From positions 14,079 to 78,078 of the forward strand of contig CAVRWY010000005.1 of assembly GCA_963725045.1 (NCBI GenBank): a stretch of DNA of 64,000 nucleotides, given 5' to 3'. Below, piece by piece: positions 47,394 through 56,600 of the stretch. The DNA comes from an uncultured Gemmatimonadales bacterium. GTDB taxonomy: Bacteria; ARS69. The notes under the pieces were generated by a model. The model was not told the DNA's origin, made no database searches, and saw nothing but the letters and a program-made list of their open reading frames with translations. The translations under genes were made by a program, and so were the position numbers. How positions within the stretch are numbered: position 1 is the stretch's first letter; the number at the start of each line of letters is the position of its first letter.

Positions 47394-50081
47394 TCAGTCC
47401 AGCCGCGTCAACTTGCGGACGCTGACTCCGGACTTCGCTTCCACCCTCACGAAGTAGACCCCGGCACCGACCGCTTCGCCCGCGCCGTTGGCCCCGTCCC
47501 AGAGGATCGCGTGCTCGCCCGACTCGTAAGGTCCGTCGGCCAGCGTTCGTACCGTGCGACCGGCCACGTCGAAAACGCGCACGCTGGCCGAGGAAGCCGC
47601 CGGAAGCGTGAACCGGATCTCGGTGGCCCCGCGCGCAGGATTCGGCGAGGTCCCCAGAATGCGCGGAGTCGGGGGAACGTCGGAACGCTCGGTGAATTGG
47701 AGCTTCGGCCAAACGTAGTAGGTCTCCAGCCGGTAGTGCTCCGGGCCGAGCGCGGTGTCGAGGTCGGTGATCCAGATCGTCCATTCTCCGTCCGGCGGAT
47801 TCTCGATCAAGGCGTACTCGGGAGAGTCGATCGTGGCGATCGGGAACATCCCCTCCGGCGTCATGACCATCATGTCCAGATCGACCGTCGGAAACTGCGT
47901 CCAATCGTGATCCCAAACGAGGCGAATCCCGAGCGCACCCAAGTGCTCGGGCACGATCACCACGTGCTCGGCGATCTCTCCATGATGCAGCACCTCTTCG
48001 ATGATTTCCTCGGGCGCAGGCACTTCCGTCGTCGCTTGCGCGCTCCAGCTCGCGGACGCAGGGCTGTAGTTGAACGCGGAGCAGCTGAACGTGAGCCGAA
48101 CGGTCCCCGGCTCAGGAGTCTCCATCAAGTACGTCGTCCCGGCAGTGAGCCCGCCGTCGAATGGATCGGCGGCGAACACGTAGTCGCCGGAGCCGCCTCG
48201 CTTGGCGGTGTGAATCTGCGCGCCCATGGCGTCGCCGACGATCGGATTCTGTTCCGTCCCGAGCGTCACCGTCGGGAACTCGAACTCGATTCCGGACGCC
48301 GTGCCCGGCACAGTCAAAAGCACGTTGTAGGTCTCACCGGGCTGCAGCTCGGGCGTCGTCCCCGAGACCGCTCCGTTCATGACCGACATCCGCGTCAGGA
48401 GTTGGTGCGTGGGATCGGCCTCTCCGGCCGAGATGTAGCCGCCGTTTTGCAGGAGGTCGAGCGCCCCGGGAATGTGCACGTAGCCGCGGCCCTGCTCACG
48501 CTCGCTCACCGAGGTTTTCTCCGCGATCGGCGCCGCGGCCTTCTTCAAGACGTTGGCCACGAACGGTGCGCGCCCCAATCCGCCCAGCTGATCGCCGTAT
48601 GCAGTCACGAGCGCGGCAGCGCCGGCAACGGTCGGCGTCGAGAACGACGTGCCTGATCCGAAGCCGAACGAAGGTGTGTCGTTCACCCCGTTCTGGTCCG
48701 AGTCGCGCAATCCGGACGAGAAGACCAGAAAGCCGGTCGCGAGGATGTCCGGCTTCACGCGGCGATCCGCGGTGAGACCGCGCGAGCTGAACTCGATCAT
48801 CTTGGGAACATCCCAGGAATACAGCAGGCCTCCCATGCCGGCGGGAATCCCGAACGCCACTTCGCCGGCGACCCGTGTGTGCAAGGGATCCTGCGCGGCG
48901 CCGACGGTGAGCGAGGAGAACGCGCTCCCCGGGCTTCCGACGGAAATGAGAGACGGGCCTTCGTTCGAAGCTGCGGACACGCAGGTGATGCCGAACGAAG
49001 ACGCGACGTCGACCATCGCGTCCAGCGAGTTGAGCCCGTCGAAGAGCACGGGGCCCGAGAGGCTCATGCTGATCACGTCGACATCCAGCTCGCCGCTACG
49101 CTTCATGGTGACGAGCCGGTCGATCGCCTCGGCCACGCGCGCGTCGGGAGAGAAACCGCCGTCGTACGGAAAGATCTTGATCGCGTACAGCGAAGCGCCG
49201 GGTGCGACGCCGCGCAGCCGCACGATCGCGGACTTGTCGCCGATCTCGACGGACTCGGGGCTGTGGACCTCGAGCGAGGCCACCAGCGGATGGTCGAGCG
49301 GGAACTCGAGGTCCGCGTGCCCGGCGACGAGCCCGGCGCAAAACGTACCGTGCCCATTGTTCTCGATCGCGTTCCAATCGAACGAGAGTCCATCGGGAAC
49401 GTGATCGCCGTCCGCATCGATCGCCTGTTCCTCCTCGGCGGGAACGAGGTTCTGCCCGCCGATCACGTTCCCCATGATCATCGGGTGATCCGGGTAGACG
49501 CCGGTGTCGATGATCGCGACCACGATTCCGTCACCGTGTCCCGCGACCTTCCACGCCTGGGCCGCGCCGGTGATCAAGTCGTAGCCGAAGAACGATTCGG
49601 GATCGGAGCCGCGCGGAGAGAGCGGTGCCGTGTGCGCCCGAAAATTTCCGAGCTCGGAATCGAGCGCGGCGAACTCTTCACCCGGATCCATGCGGCGCGC
49701 GGAATGCGGAGCTAACATGCGAGGCAGCTCCACCGGCGCAATCGTGCGATGCACCCATCTCTGGCGCTCCGCCGAGATCACCGCGGGATTCGCCGCGAAT
49801 TCCTCCGCGACCGCCCTCGGCACCGTGATGGAGATGGCGTCGAGATTCTCGAAGCGATGCGTCACTCGTCCGCCGAGTGCTTCGACGCGAGCGGCGAGTG
49901 CCGCGGCCCCACCCGGCGCGGTGCGCACGAAGAGTGGAAGCTGGCCGTCCTGCGTTTCGGGAACAATCGCCGATGCGCGCGAGGCTTCCGCTGCGCGAAC
50001 CGCCGGAACGAATGCGAAGAGCGCAAGGAATAGGGCCAGCGTCGTGAGTCGCACGGCTCGATTCAAGAGTCTCGGATGCAT
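47394..50081 (-). CDS. secreted subtilisin-like serine protease (S8) with T9SS C-terminal domain
   Basis: Signal peptide MHPRLLNRAVRLTTLALFLALFAFVPAVRA. DTGVYPDHP, HGTFCAGLVAG, GTSFSTPTVAGAAALV. C-terminus NPARGATEIRF...VRVFDVAGRTV...GVYFVRV. Confidence 0.8.
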   Translation of the reverse strand: MHPRLLNRAVRLTTLALFLALFAFVPAVRAAEASRASAIVPETQDGQLPLFVRTAPGGAAALAARVEALGGRVTHRFENLDAISITVPRAVAEEFAANPAVISAERQRWVHRTIAPVELPRMLAPHSARRMDPGEEFAALDSELGNFRAHTAPLSPRGSDPESFFGYDLITGAAQAWKVAGHGDGIVVAIIDTGVYPDHPMIMGNVIGGQNLVPAEEEQAIDADGDHVPDGLSFDWNAIENNGHGTFCAGLVAGHADLEFPLDHPLVASLEVHSPESVEIGDKSAIVRLRGVAPGASLYAIKIFPYDGGFSPDARVAEAIDRLVTMKRSGELDVDVISMSLSGPVLFDGLNSLDAMVDVASSFGITCVSAASNEGPSLISVGSPGSAFSSLTVGAAQDPLHTRVAGEVAFGIPAGMGGLLYSWDVPKMIEFSSRGLTADRRVKPDILATGFLVFSSGLRDSDQNGVNDTPSFGFGSGTSFSTPTVAGAAALVTAYGDQLGGLGRAPFVANVLKKAAAPIAEKTSVSEREQGRGYVHIPGALDLLQNGGYISAGEADPTHQLLTRMSVMNGAVSGTTPELQPGETYNVLLTVPGTASGIEFEFPTVTLGTEQNPIVGDAMGAQIHTAKRGGSGDYVFAADPFDGGLTAGTTYLMETPEPGTVRLTFSCSAFNYSPASASWSAQATTEVPAPEEIIEEVLHHGEIAEHVVIVPEHLGALGIRLVWDHDWTQFPTVDLDMMVMTPEGMFPIATIDSPEYALIENPPDGEWTIWITDLDTALGPEHYRLETYYVWPKLQFTERSDVPPTPRILGTSPNPARGATEIRFTLPAASSASVRVFDVAGRTVRTLADGPYESGEHAILWDGANGAGEAVGAGVYFVRVEAKSGVSVRKLTRLD

Positions 50082-50437
50082 GGGGAAGGCTCCTGGGTGG
50101 GGGGCTCGATCCAATTCCCGCCGACGATACTGCCTATGAAACACGACGCAGTGCAATCGCCCAGAAATCGCTGCTCCGGTCCGTACCTCGATCGGAATGC
50201 GGCACAAGGAATGACGGGCTCGCGAGTCCCGATGTTTCGCGGACGCTCGTCGCCTCGAGAGAGCGCGATGGCCGCTCGAGCTGGAGGTGGAGAGCCGTCG
50301 TTGAAGGAAGTCGCCAAGCACACCGGATGCTTCGCCCGACGAATGAGGGCCGGTCCCCAAGAACGTCAGGACAGACGCCGCCCGGTCGAGTGGCCGGGGC
50401 GTTTCTCGCCTCGCGCGCTATCCTGCCATGTGGACAG

Positions 50438-50555
50438 TAGTGGTCTGCGCAAGTGCTAGACCAGCGGCCAGATTGGCAGTCAAGTGCGGATCCGTCCCAA
50501 ACCGGCCGTGCGCCTAAGCAAATACATAGCAACGCATTATGTAGATTTTTAGCGA
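50438..50555. promoter_or_regulatory. divergent control region upstream of hsp20: inverted repeat TGGTCT-N11-AGACCA, two CAAGTGC direct repeats, then an AT-rich block (aagcaaatacatagcaacgcattatgtagattttt)
   Basis: Seen in sequence. No CIRCE or HAIR consensus found. Confidence 0.3.
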
Positions 50556-50660
50556 TCGGCACGCTCTCTGCAGAATCCCCTTCCGTAACGCGCTCCCGGC
50601 AATGGGGGCGCCAAGCCAGCCAGCGTCGCAATCGCGCGGCGCCAAACGAAGGAGAGCACG

Positions 50661-51098
50661 ATGTACTTCCCGCAAGTTCGAACGAGCCTTCCGGCCCTAG
50701 CGACGGATTGGGCCGATCAGCTGCTCGAGGGCTTCTTTTCCGACACTCCGTTCCGTGCCGGCGGGCAGAGCACATTCCCCGCGTGGAACGTGTCGGAGGA
50801 CAAGAAGAGCTTCCGAGTGGAAGCCGAGGTTCCTGGTTTCGCGCCCGGCGATCTCGACATTCGTGTCGTCGGCGACGAGCTGCATCTCGAGGGAACGCGC
50901 GAGCAGGTGACGAAGGACGAGGGATCCAACGTGCACCGTCGCGAGCGATTCGCCGGCAAGTTCTCCCGTGCGATTCGATTCGGAGTCCCCATCGACGCCG
51001 AGAAGATCGAAGCGTCGTTCAAGGACGGCGTGCTGACGGTGACGCTGCCGAAGTCCGAGGCCGCGCTGCCGCGCAAGATTCAGGTGAAGGCGTCCTAG
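50661..51098 (+). CDS. small heat-shock protein Hsp20/alpha-crystallin family
   Basis: ACD signature FPAWNVSEDKKSFRVEAEVPGF...DIRVVGDELHLEG...FSRAIRFG...ASFKDGVLTVTLPK. AGGAG SD. Confidence 0.85.
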   Translation: MYFPQVRTSLPALATDWADQLLEGFFSDTPFRAGGQSTFPAWNVSEDKKSFRVEAEVPGFAPGDLDIRVVGDELHLEGTREQVTKDEGSNVHRRERFAGKFSRAIRFGVPIDAEKIEASFKDGVLTVTLPKSEAALPRKIQVKAS

Positions 51099-51174
51099 GG
51101 CGCCTTCACGATCCGATTCGGGAAGGCGGCGGGTCCGCCTTCCGAGGTGAGCCATGTTAGAAGGAGGAACGAGA

Positions 51175-51594
51175 GTGAAGACGCATTCGCAAACTGCGTG
51201 CGGAACGAACGGCTGTGCGCCGGAGTCCGGAGTTGGCGCTGAGTCCACGACTGTGGCAACCTTCGAGTCCAGCCCCCGGGTGGACATTCTCGAAACCCCC
51301 GAAGGGTTTCGCGTGGAGGCCGAATTGCCGGGAGTCCGGACCGAGGACATCGACGTGAACCTCGAGAATGGGATCTTGAGGATCGAGGGACGTGTTCATT
51401 CCCACGACGAGGGCGGCCGCTGCTCTCACGTGCGGGAGTTCGGGCCCGGAGCGTTCGCGCGGAGCTTTCGGCTCAGCGACACGATCGACGCGGGGAAGAT
51501 CTCCGCGGAATCGAAGAACGGTCTTCTGACTCTGATTCTGCCCAAGATCCAAGCGACGAAGCCCCGCTCGATTCCGGTGGCTTCGGCGAGCTAG
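51175..51594 (+). CDS. small heat-shock protein Hsp20 family (second copy)
   Basis: PRVDILETPEGFRVEAELPGV...DVNLENGILRIEG...FARSFRLSD...AESKNGLLTLILPK. AGGAGG 7 nt before the GTG at 51175 (ORF track starts at 51154). Confidence 0.8.
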   Translation: MKTHSQTACGTNGCAPESGVGAESTTVATFESSPRVDILETPEGFRVEAELPGVRTEDIDVNLENGILRIEGRVHSHDEGGRCSHVREFGPGAFARSFRLSDTIDAGKISAESKNGLLTLILPKIQATKPRSIPVASAS

Positions 51595-51604
51595 CGGCGC
51601 AACG

Positions 51605-51628
51605 GGGCGGCCGGCGTTTCGGCCGCCC
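51605..51628 (+). terminator. hairpin GGGCGGCCG-gcgttt-CGGCCGCCC between hsp20-2 and the Zn peptidase (terminator or attenuator)
   Basis: Seen in sequence. No strong U-tract. Confidence 0.3.
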
Positions 51629-51666
51629 ATTCGCCCGTCTTCAAGGAATCGAAGGGAGAAGATTCG

Positions 51667-52377
51667 ATGCCGATGTTCGGCATGTTCGACCCGCTCTACC
51701 TCATGCTGATCGGTCCCACGATGCTTCTGGCGATGTGGGCGCAGTTCAAGGTGAAGAGCGCCTACTCCAAGTGGAGCCAAGTCGCGGCCTCGAGCCGCTT
51801 GACGGGCGCGCAAGCCGCAGACCGCATGCTCCAGGGTGCGGGCGTCCGCGACGTGAAGATCGAGCCGGTCCAGGGATTTCTCTCGGACCACTACGATCCG
51901 CGCACGAAGACGCTGCGCCTTTCTCCCGGAAATTTCGAAAACCGCTCGATCGCGGCGGTGGGCATCGCCTGTCACGAAGCGGGACACGCGTTGCAGCACG
52001 CCACCGGATACGCGCCGCTCAACTTTCGGAGTGCGATCGTGCCGATGGCGAGCATCGGATCGTGGCTGGCGTGGCCGCTGATCATGATGGGAATCATTCT
52101 GCAGATGACGCAGCTCGCACAGTTGGGCGTGCTGCTGTTCGCCGGCATGGTGGTGTTCCAGTTCGTCACGCTGCCGGTGGAATTCGACGCATCGAACCGC
52201 GCGAAGCAGCAGCTGCAGACGCTGGGCATCATTCAGTCGCGCGAAGAAGGCAAGGGCGTCGCGGCCGTGCTCGACGCGGCGGCGCTCACCTATGTCGCGG
52301 CCACGGTGACCGCGGTCGCCCAGCTTCTGTACTTCGCAATTCGCGCGGGTCTCCTTGGCGGACGGAGCCGCGACTAG
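51667..52377 (+). CDS. membrane zinc metallopeptidase (Zn_peptidase_2 / YugP-like family)
   Basis: HEAGHALQH equals HExxH. 3-4 TM helices. Typical position in a heat-shock operon. Confidence 0.7.
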   Translation: MPMFGMFDPLYLMLIGPTMLLAMWAQFKVKSAYSKWSQVAASSRLTGAQAADRMLQGAGVRDVKIEPVQGFLSDHYDPRTKTLRLSPGNFENRSIAAVGIACHEAGHALQHATGYAPLNFRSAIVPMASIGSWLAWPLIMMGIILQMTQLAQLGVLLFAGMVVFQFVTLPVEFDASNRAKQQLQTLGIIQSREEGKGVAAVLDAAALTYVAATVTAVAQLLYFAIRAGLLGGRSRD

Positions 52378-52386
52378 GGGAGCACG

Positions 52387-55033
52387 ATGGACCCATCGAA
52401 GTTCACCCAGAAAACGCGGGAAGCGCTGGAGTCCGCGCAGGCGAAGGCGCTTCGGCTCTCGCATCAGGAAGTCGACGGCGAGCATCTTCTGGCCGCGCTG
52501 CTCGAAGCGGAAGACGGCCTCGTCCCCGCGCTTCTCGAGCGCACCGGAGTCGCCGTCGCTCCGCTGCGCGCACGGGTCGAAGAAGAGCTCCAGCGCCGTC
52601 CCCGGATCACGGGTACGGCGACGGAAGCCGGAAAGGTCTACGTCACCCAGCGCCTGAACCAGCTCCTGGTGAAGGCCGGCGACGAAGCGAAGAAGCTCAA
52701 GGACGAATACCTCTCCGTCGAGCATTTGCTGCTCGCGTTCACCGACGAAGGAAAGAGCACGGCGGCCGGCCGCCTGCTTGCCGACGCGGGCGCCACGCGA
52801 CCGCGCGTTCTGCAGGCGCTTCAAGCGGTGCGCGGCGCGCAGCGCGTCACCTCCGACAATCCCGAGCAGCAGTACGAAGCGCTCGCCAAGTACGGCATGG
52901 ACCTGGTCGCGCTCGCCAAGTCGGGCAAGCTCGATCCGGTCATCGGCCGCGACACGGAGATTCGCGCGGTCATCCGCATCCTCTCGCGCAAGACCAAGAA
53001 CAATCCCGTGTTGATCGGCGAGCCCGGCGTCGGCAAGACGGCGATCGTGGAGGGGCTCGCCCAGCGCATCCTGCGCGGCGACGTCCCCGAAGGATTGAAA
53101 GACAAGACGATCTTCCAACTCGACATGACCTCGCTCATGGCCGGCGCGAAGTACCGCGGCGAGTTCGAAGAGCGTCTCAAGGCCGTGCTGCAAGAGATCA
53201 AGACGGCCGAGGGCCGGATCATTCTCTTCATCGACGAGATCCACACGATCGTCGGCGCCGGCAAGACCGAAGGCTCCACCGACGCCGGCAACATGCTGAA
53301 GCCGATGCTGGCCCGCGGCGAGCTGCATTGCATCGGGGCCACCACGCTCGACGAGCACCGCAAGCACATCGAGAAGGACGCGGCGTTGGAGCGCCGGTTC
53401 CAGCCGGTGATGGTGGATGCGCCGTCCGTCGAAGACACGATCTCCATCCTGCGCGGGCTGCGCGAACGCTTCGAAGTCCATCACGGGGTGCGTATCCAGG
53501 ACGCGGCGCTGGTGTCCGCCGCGGTCCTCTCCGATCGCTACATCTCCGACCGCTTCCTTCCCGACAAGGCCATCGATCTGGTCGACGAAGCGTGCGCGTC
53601 GATTCGTACGGAAATCGACTCGCTTCCCGCGGAGCTCGATGAAATCACGCGGCGCGTCATGCGCCTCGAGATCGAAGAGACCGCGCTCAAGAACGAGAAG
53701 GACAAAGCATCGAAGGACCGGCTCGCCGCGCTGCGCAAGGAGCTGGCCGACGCGAAGGCAGAGGCTGCCGCCATGCGCGCTCGTTGGGACGAAGAGAAGC
53801 GCGCGATCGCGAAGGTGCGCGAGATCCGCGAGAAGATCGAGGAGATGCGCCGGGCGATGGAAACGGCGGAGCGTACCTACGACTTGAACAAGGCCGCGGA
53901 GCTGCGGCACGGGAAGCTCCCCGCGCTGGAAGCGGATCTCAAGAAGGAAGAGGCGGTCCTCGCGGAGAAGCACAAAGGCGGCGCACTACTGCGCGAGGAA
54001 GTGACGGAGGAAGAGATCGCGGAAGTCGTGGCGCGGTGGACCGGCATTCCGCTCTCGCGGCTCGTGGAGTCCGAGCGCGAGAAACTCCTGCGCCTCGACC
54101 AGACGCTGCACGAAGGTGTCATCGGCCAGGACGAAGCGGTGACGGCGGTCGCCGATGCGGTCATGCGTGCGCGCGCCGGCATCAAGGACCCGAAGCGGCC
54201 GATCGGCTCGTTCCTCTTTCTGGGGCCCGACCGGCGTCGGCAAGACGCAGCTGGCCAAGACGCTGGCGCGCTCGCTCTTCGACTCCGAAGACGCGCTCAT
54301 CCGCATCGACATGTCCGAGTACATGGAGAAGCACACCGTGTCGCGCTTGGTCGGCGCGCCTCCCGGATACATCGGCTACGAAGAGGGCGGCCAGCTCACC
54401 GAAGCGGTGCGCCGCAAGCCGTACTCGGTGCTCCTTTTCGACGAGATCGAGAAGGCCCACCACGACGTGTTCAACGTGCTGCTGCAGTTGCTCGACGACG
54501 GCCGGCTCACCGATGCGCAAGGGCGTACGGTGAACTTCAAGAACACGATCGTGATTCTGACGTCGAATATCGGCTCGCCGCTGCTCTTGGAAGGCATCGA
54601 TCGCGAGGGGCACATTCGCGAGGACGTACGCAAGCAGGTCATGGCGCAGCTTCGCCAGGAGTTCCGTCCGGAGTTCTTGAATCGGCTGGACGAAATCGTG
54701 CTGTTCTCCCCGCTCACGCTGCAAGAGATCGAGCGCATCGTGGATCTCCTGCTCCGCGAGTTGCAGGGACGTCTTGCGGAGCGTCGCATCACGATCGAGC
54801 TGGAAGAGGATGCACGCGAGCTCATCGCCCGCGAAGGCTACGATCCGGTGTACGGCGCACGACCGCTGAAGCGCTTCATTCAGTCGGAGATCGAAACGCC
54901 GCTGGCGCGCAAGATCCTGAAGGGCGAGATCTCGGACGGCGCGCGGGTGAAGGTGGGCGTGGACGGAGAGCAGCTCAAATTCGAAGTCACCGCCGCGAAA
55001 ACGCCGGAAACGGTCGCCGCTTCGCGAGACTGA
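52387..55033 (+). CDS. clpB: ClpB disaggregase chaperone, one frameshift near 54225
   Basis: Clp N-domain. NBD1 GEPGVGKTA. Long coiled-coil M-domain. NBD2 (F)LGPTGVGKT. The C-terminal part (ORF 54155..55033) is in another frame. Confidence 0.9.
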
Positions 55034-55256
55034 TCCGGCGCGGCCACGCCCCCCGCGGGCGGCCGTGCCTTGATTCGAGTCCCCCATTCCCGGAGCCCGC
55101 GCACGGTGACATGGTCCGGCGCACGAGCTCCCCGGATGGCCCCGCCTACTGGCGTTCGAAGTAAATGGGCGCCCATGCCGAAGCCGCCGGGCTCCCTTGA
55201 ATCGACGAAATCCGAGGATCTATGCTCGGGCGGTCGGTCCTTCTAGGAGCTCCGCC

Positions 55257-56366
55257 ATGAGATCCTCCCGACTTGCGGCGTCGATCGCCGCCCTCTTCTG
55301 CGCCGCGTTCGCCGCGCCTTCGCGCGGTGCGACCTGGTACGGCCTCGTGGACACCGGCGAGTTGTTCGCCTCCACGAACCAGGGTGTGTCCTGGTCGATC
55401 CACGCCGCGCTTCCGGTGCGCGATGCGGTCGGTCTCGCGGCGGGATCCTCGCCTTCCGAGCTGTATCTCGCGAGTCGAACGGGCGTGGTCTATCGATCGA
55501 CGAACGCCGGCGTCGCTTGGAACGCAGTCGGCACGGTCAGCACGCCCGACATCGCGGATCTTCTGGTGCGCGCCGATCTTTCGATTCTTCTTCTCGCGGA
55601 GTCGGGCGGCATCTATCGCTCCACGAATTCGGGGACCAGTTTCACGGCGATCGCCGCGGTGACCGCGTCGAACTTCGTGTCATTGACGCGCATTCCCCCG
55701 AGCGGCGCGCACTACGCACTCACTGCCACCGGCGAGGTTTACGAGAGCATCGACGGTGGCATCCATTGGATCGCCAAGGGGACGTTTGCTGCGCCGAACG
55801 CGGTAAAAATCCGTGCGACACCGAGTGCATTGATCGCCATCACTTCGACCGGTGACACCTACCGCAGCACGGACGCCGGCGTCACCTGGCCGGCGATCGG
55901 CACGCTCTCGCAAGTGGGAACGGCGGCCCTCGCCATCGATGGCGCGACGATTGTCGCTGCACTCGAGACCGGCGAAGTCGCCACGTCCCCCACGGGCGCC
56001 ACCTGGACCTGGCAGGGAGCAATGAATCAGCTTCACGTCACCGCGCTCGCGACCGACGCGGTGGCAACCACGGGCGTCGAGGTCACGCTGCCGGCGTCGA
56101 TCCTGCTCGGCGCGCCGTGGCCGAACCCATCTCTGCCGGGTCGGACGATGTCGCTCGCGATCGAGCTCGGACGCGGCGGGGCTGTCACGATGGAGCTCAT
56201 CGACATTGCGGGGCGGCGCGTCGCCCGCCGCGCCCCCCAAGCCCTTCCCGCTGGGCGCAGCACGCTCACGTGGAATCCGGGCGCCCAGATTCCGGGCTTC
56301 TATACCGTCCGCGTCCAGACCGATTCCGGAGAGCAGGCCGCCGCGAAATGGGTATTGGTGCGATAG
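55257..56366 (+). CDS. secreted BNR/Ycf48-like beta-propeller protein with T9SS-type C-terminal domain
   Basis: Signal peptide. Repeats STNQGVSW, STNAGVAW, STNSGTSF, SIDGGIHW, STDAGVTW. C-terminus NPS...MELIDIAGRRV...GFYTVRV. Confidence 0.65.
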   Translation: MRSSRLAASIAALFCAAFAAPSRGATWYGLVDTGELFASTNQGVSWSIHAALPVRDAVGLAAGSSPSELYLASRTGVVYRSTNAGVAWNAVGTVSTPDIADLLVRADLSILLLAESGGIYRSTNSGTSFTAIAAVTASNFVSLTRIPPSGAHYALTATGEVYESIDGGIHWIAKGTFAAPNAVKIRATPSALIAITSTGDTYRSTDAGVTWPAIGTLSQVGTAALAIDGATIVAALETGEVATSPTGATWTWQGAMNQLHVTALATDAVATTGVEVTLPASILLGAPWPNPSLPGRTMSLAIELGRGGAVTMELIDIAGRRVARRAPQALPAGRSTLTWNPGAQIPGFYTVRVQTDSGEQAAAKWVLVR

Positions 56367-56452
56367 GCCACGGGCGGATTGAGTTTTAGAAATGACGTAG
56401 AATCGCCGGCGCTTCCGTCGAAGAGAACCGAACCCTCCGGAGAGCCCCGCGC

Positions 56453-56584
56453 ATGGGAATGATCAAAGAGAAGACCGCCTACCGCCCGACGCGTTTCGAG
56501 AGCGCGGCGGCGTGGGTCGTCACGCTCGCGTCGATCGCGGCGCTCGTCTGGGTCTGCATTCGCGCCATGACTCGCGGCGCTTGA
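56453..56584 (+). CDS. 43-aa single-TM micro-protein immediately upstream of selB
   Basis: MGMIKEKTAYRPTRFESAAAWVVTLASIAALVWVCIRAMTRGA. GGAGAG SD 8 nt upstream. Stop is 17 nt before the selB GTG. Confidence 0.3.
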   Translation: MGMIKEKTAYRPTRFESAAAWVVTLASIAALVWVCIRAMTRGA

Positions 56585-56600
56585 GCCCACGGACGCCGGC

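Noticed and set aside
51157-53973. 938-aa minus-strand ORF antisense to the hsp20/clpB region, and 635-aa + ORF (51735..53642) in an alternate frame
   Set aside because: Spurious GC-driven ORFs. clpB and the Zn-peptidase in their own frames have clear family motifs.
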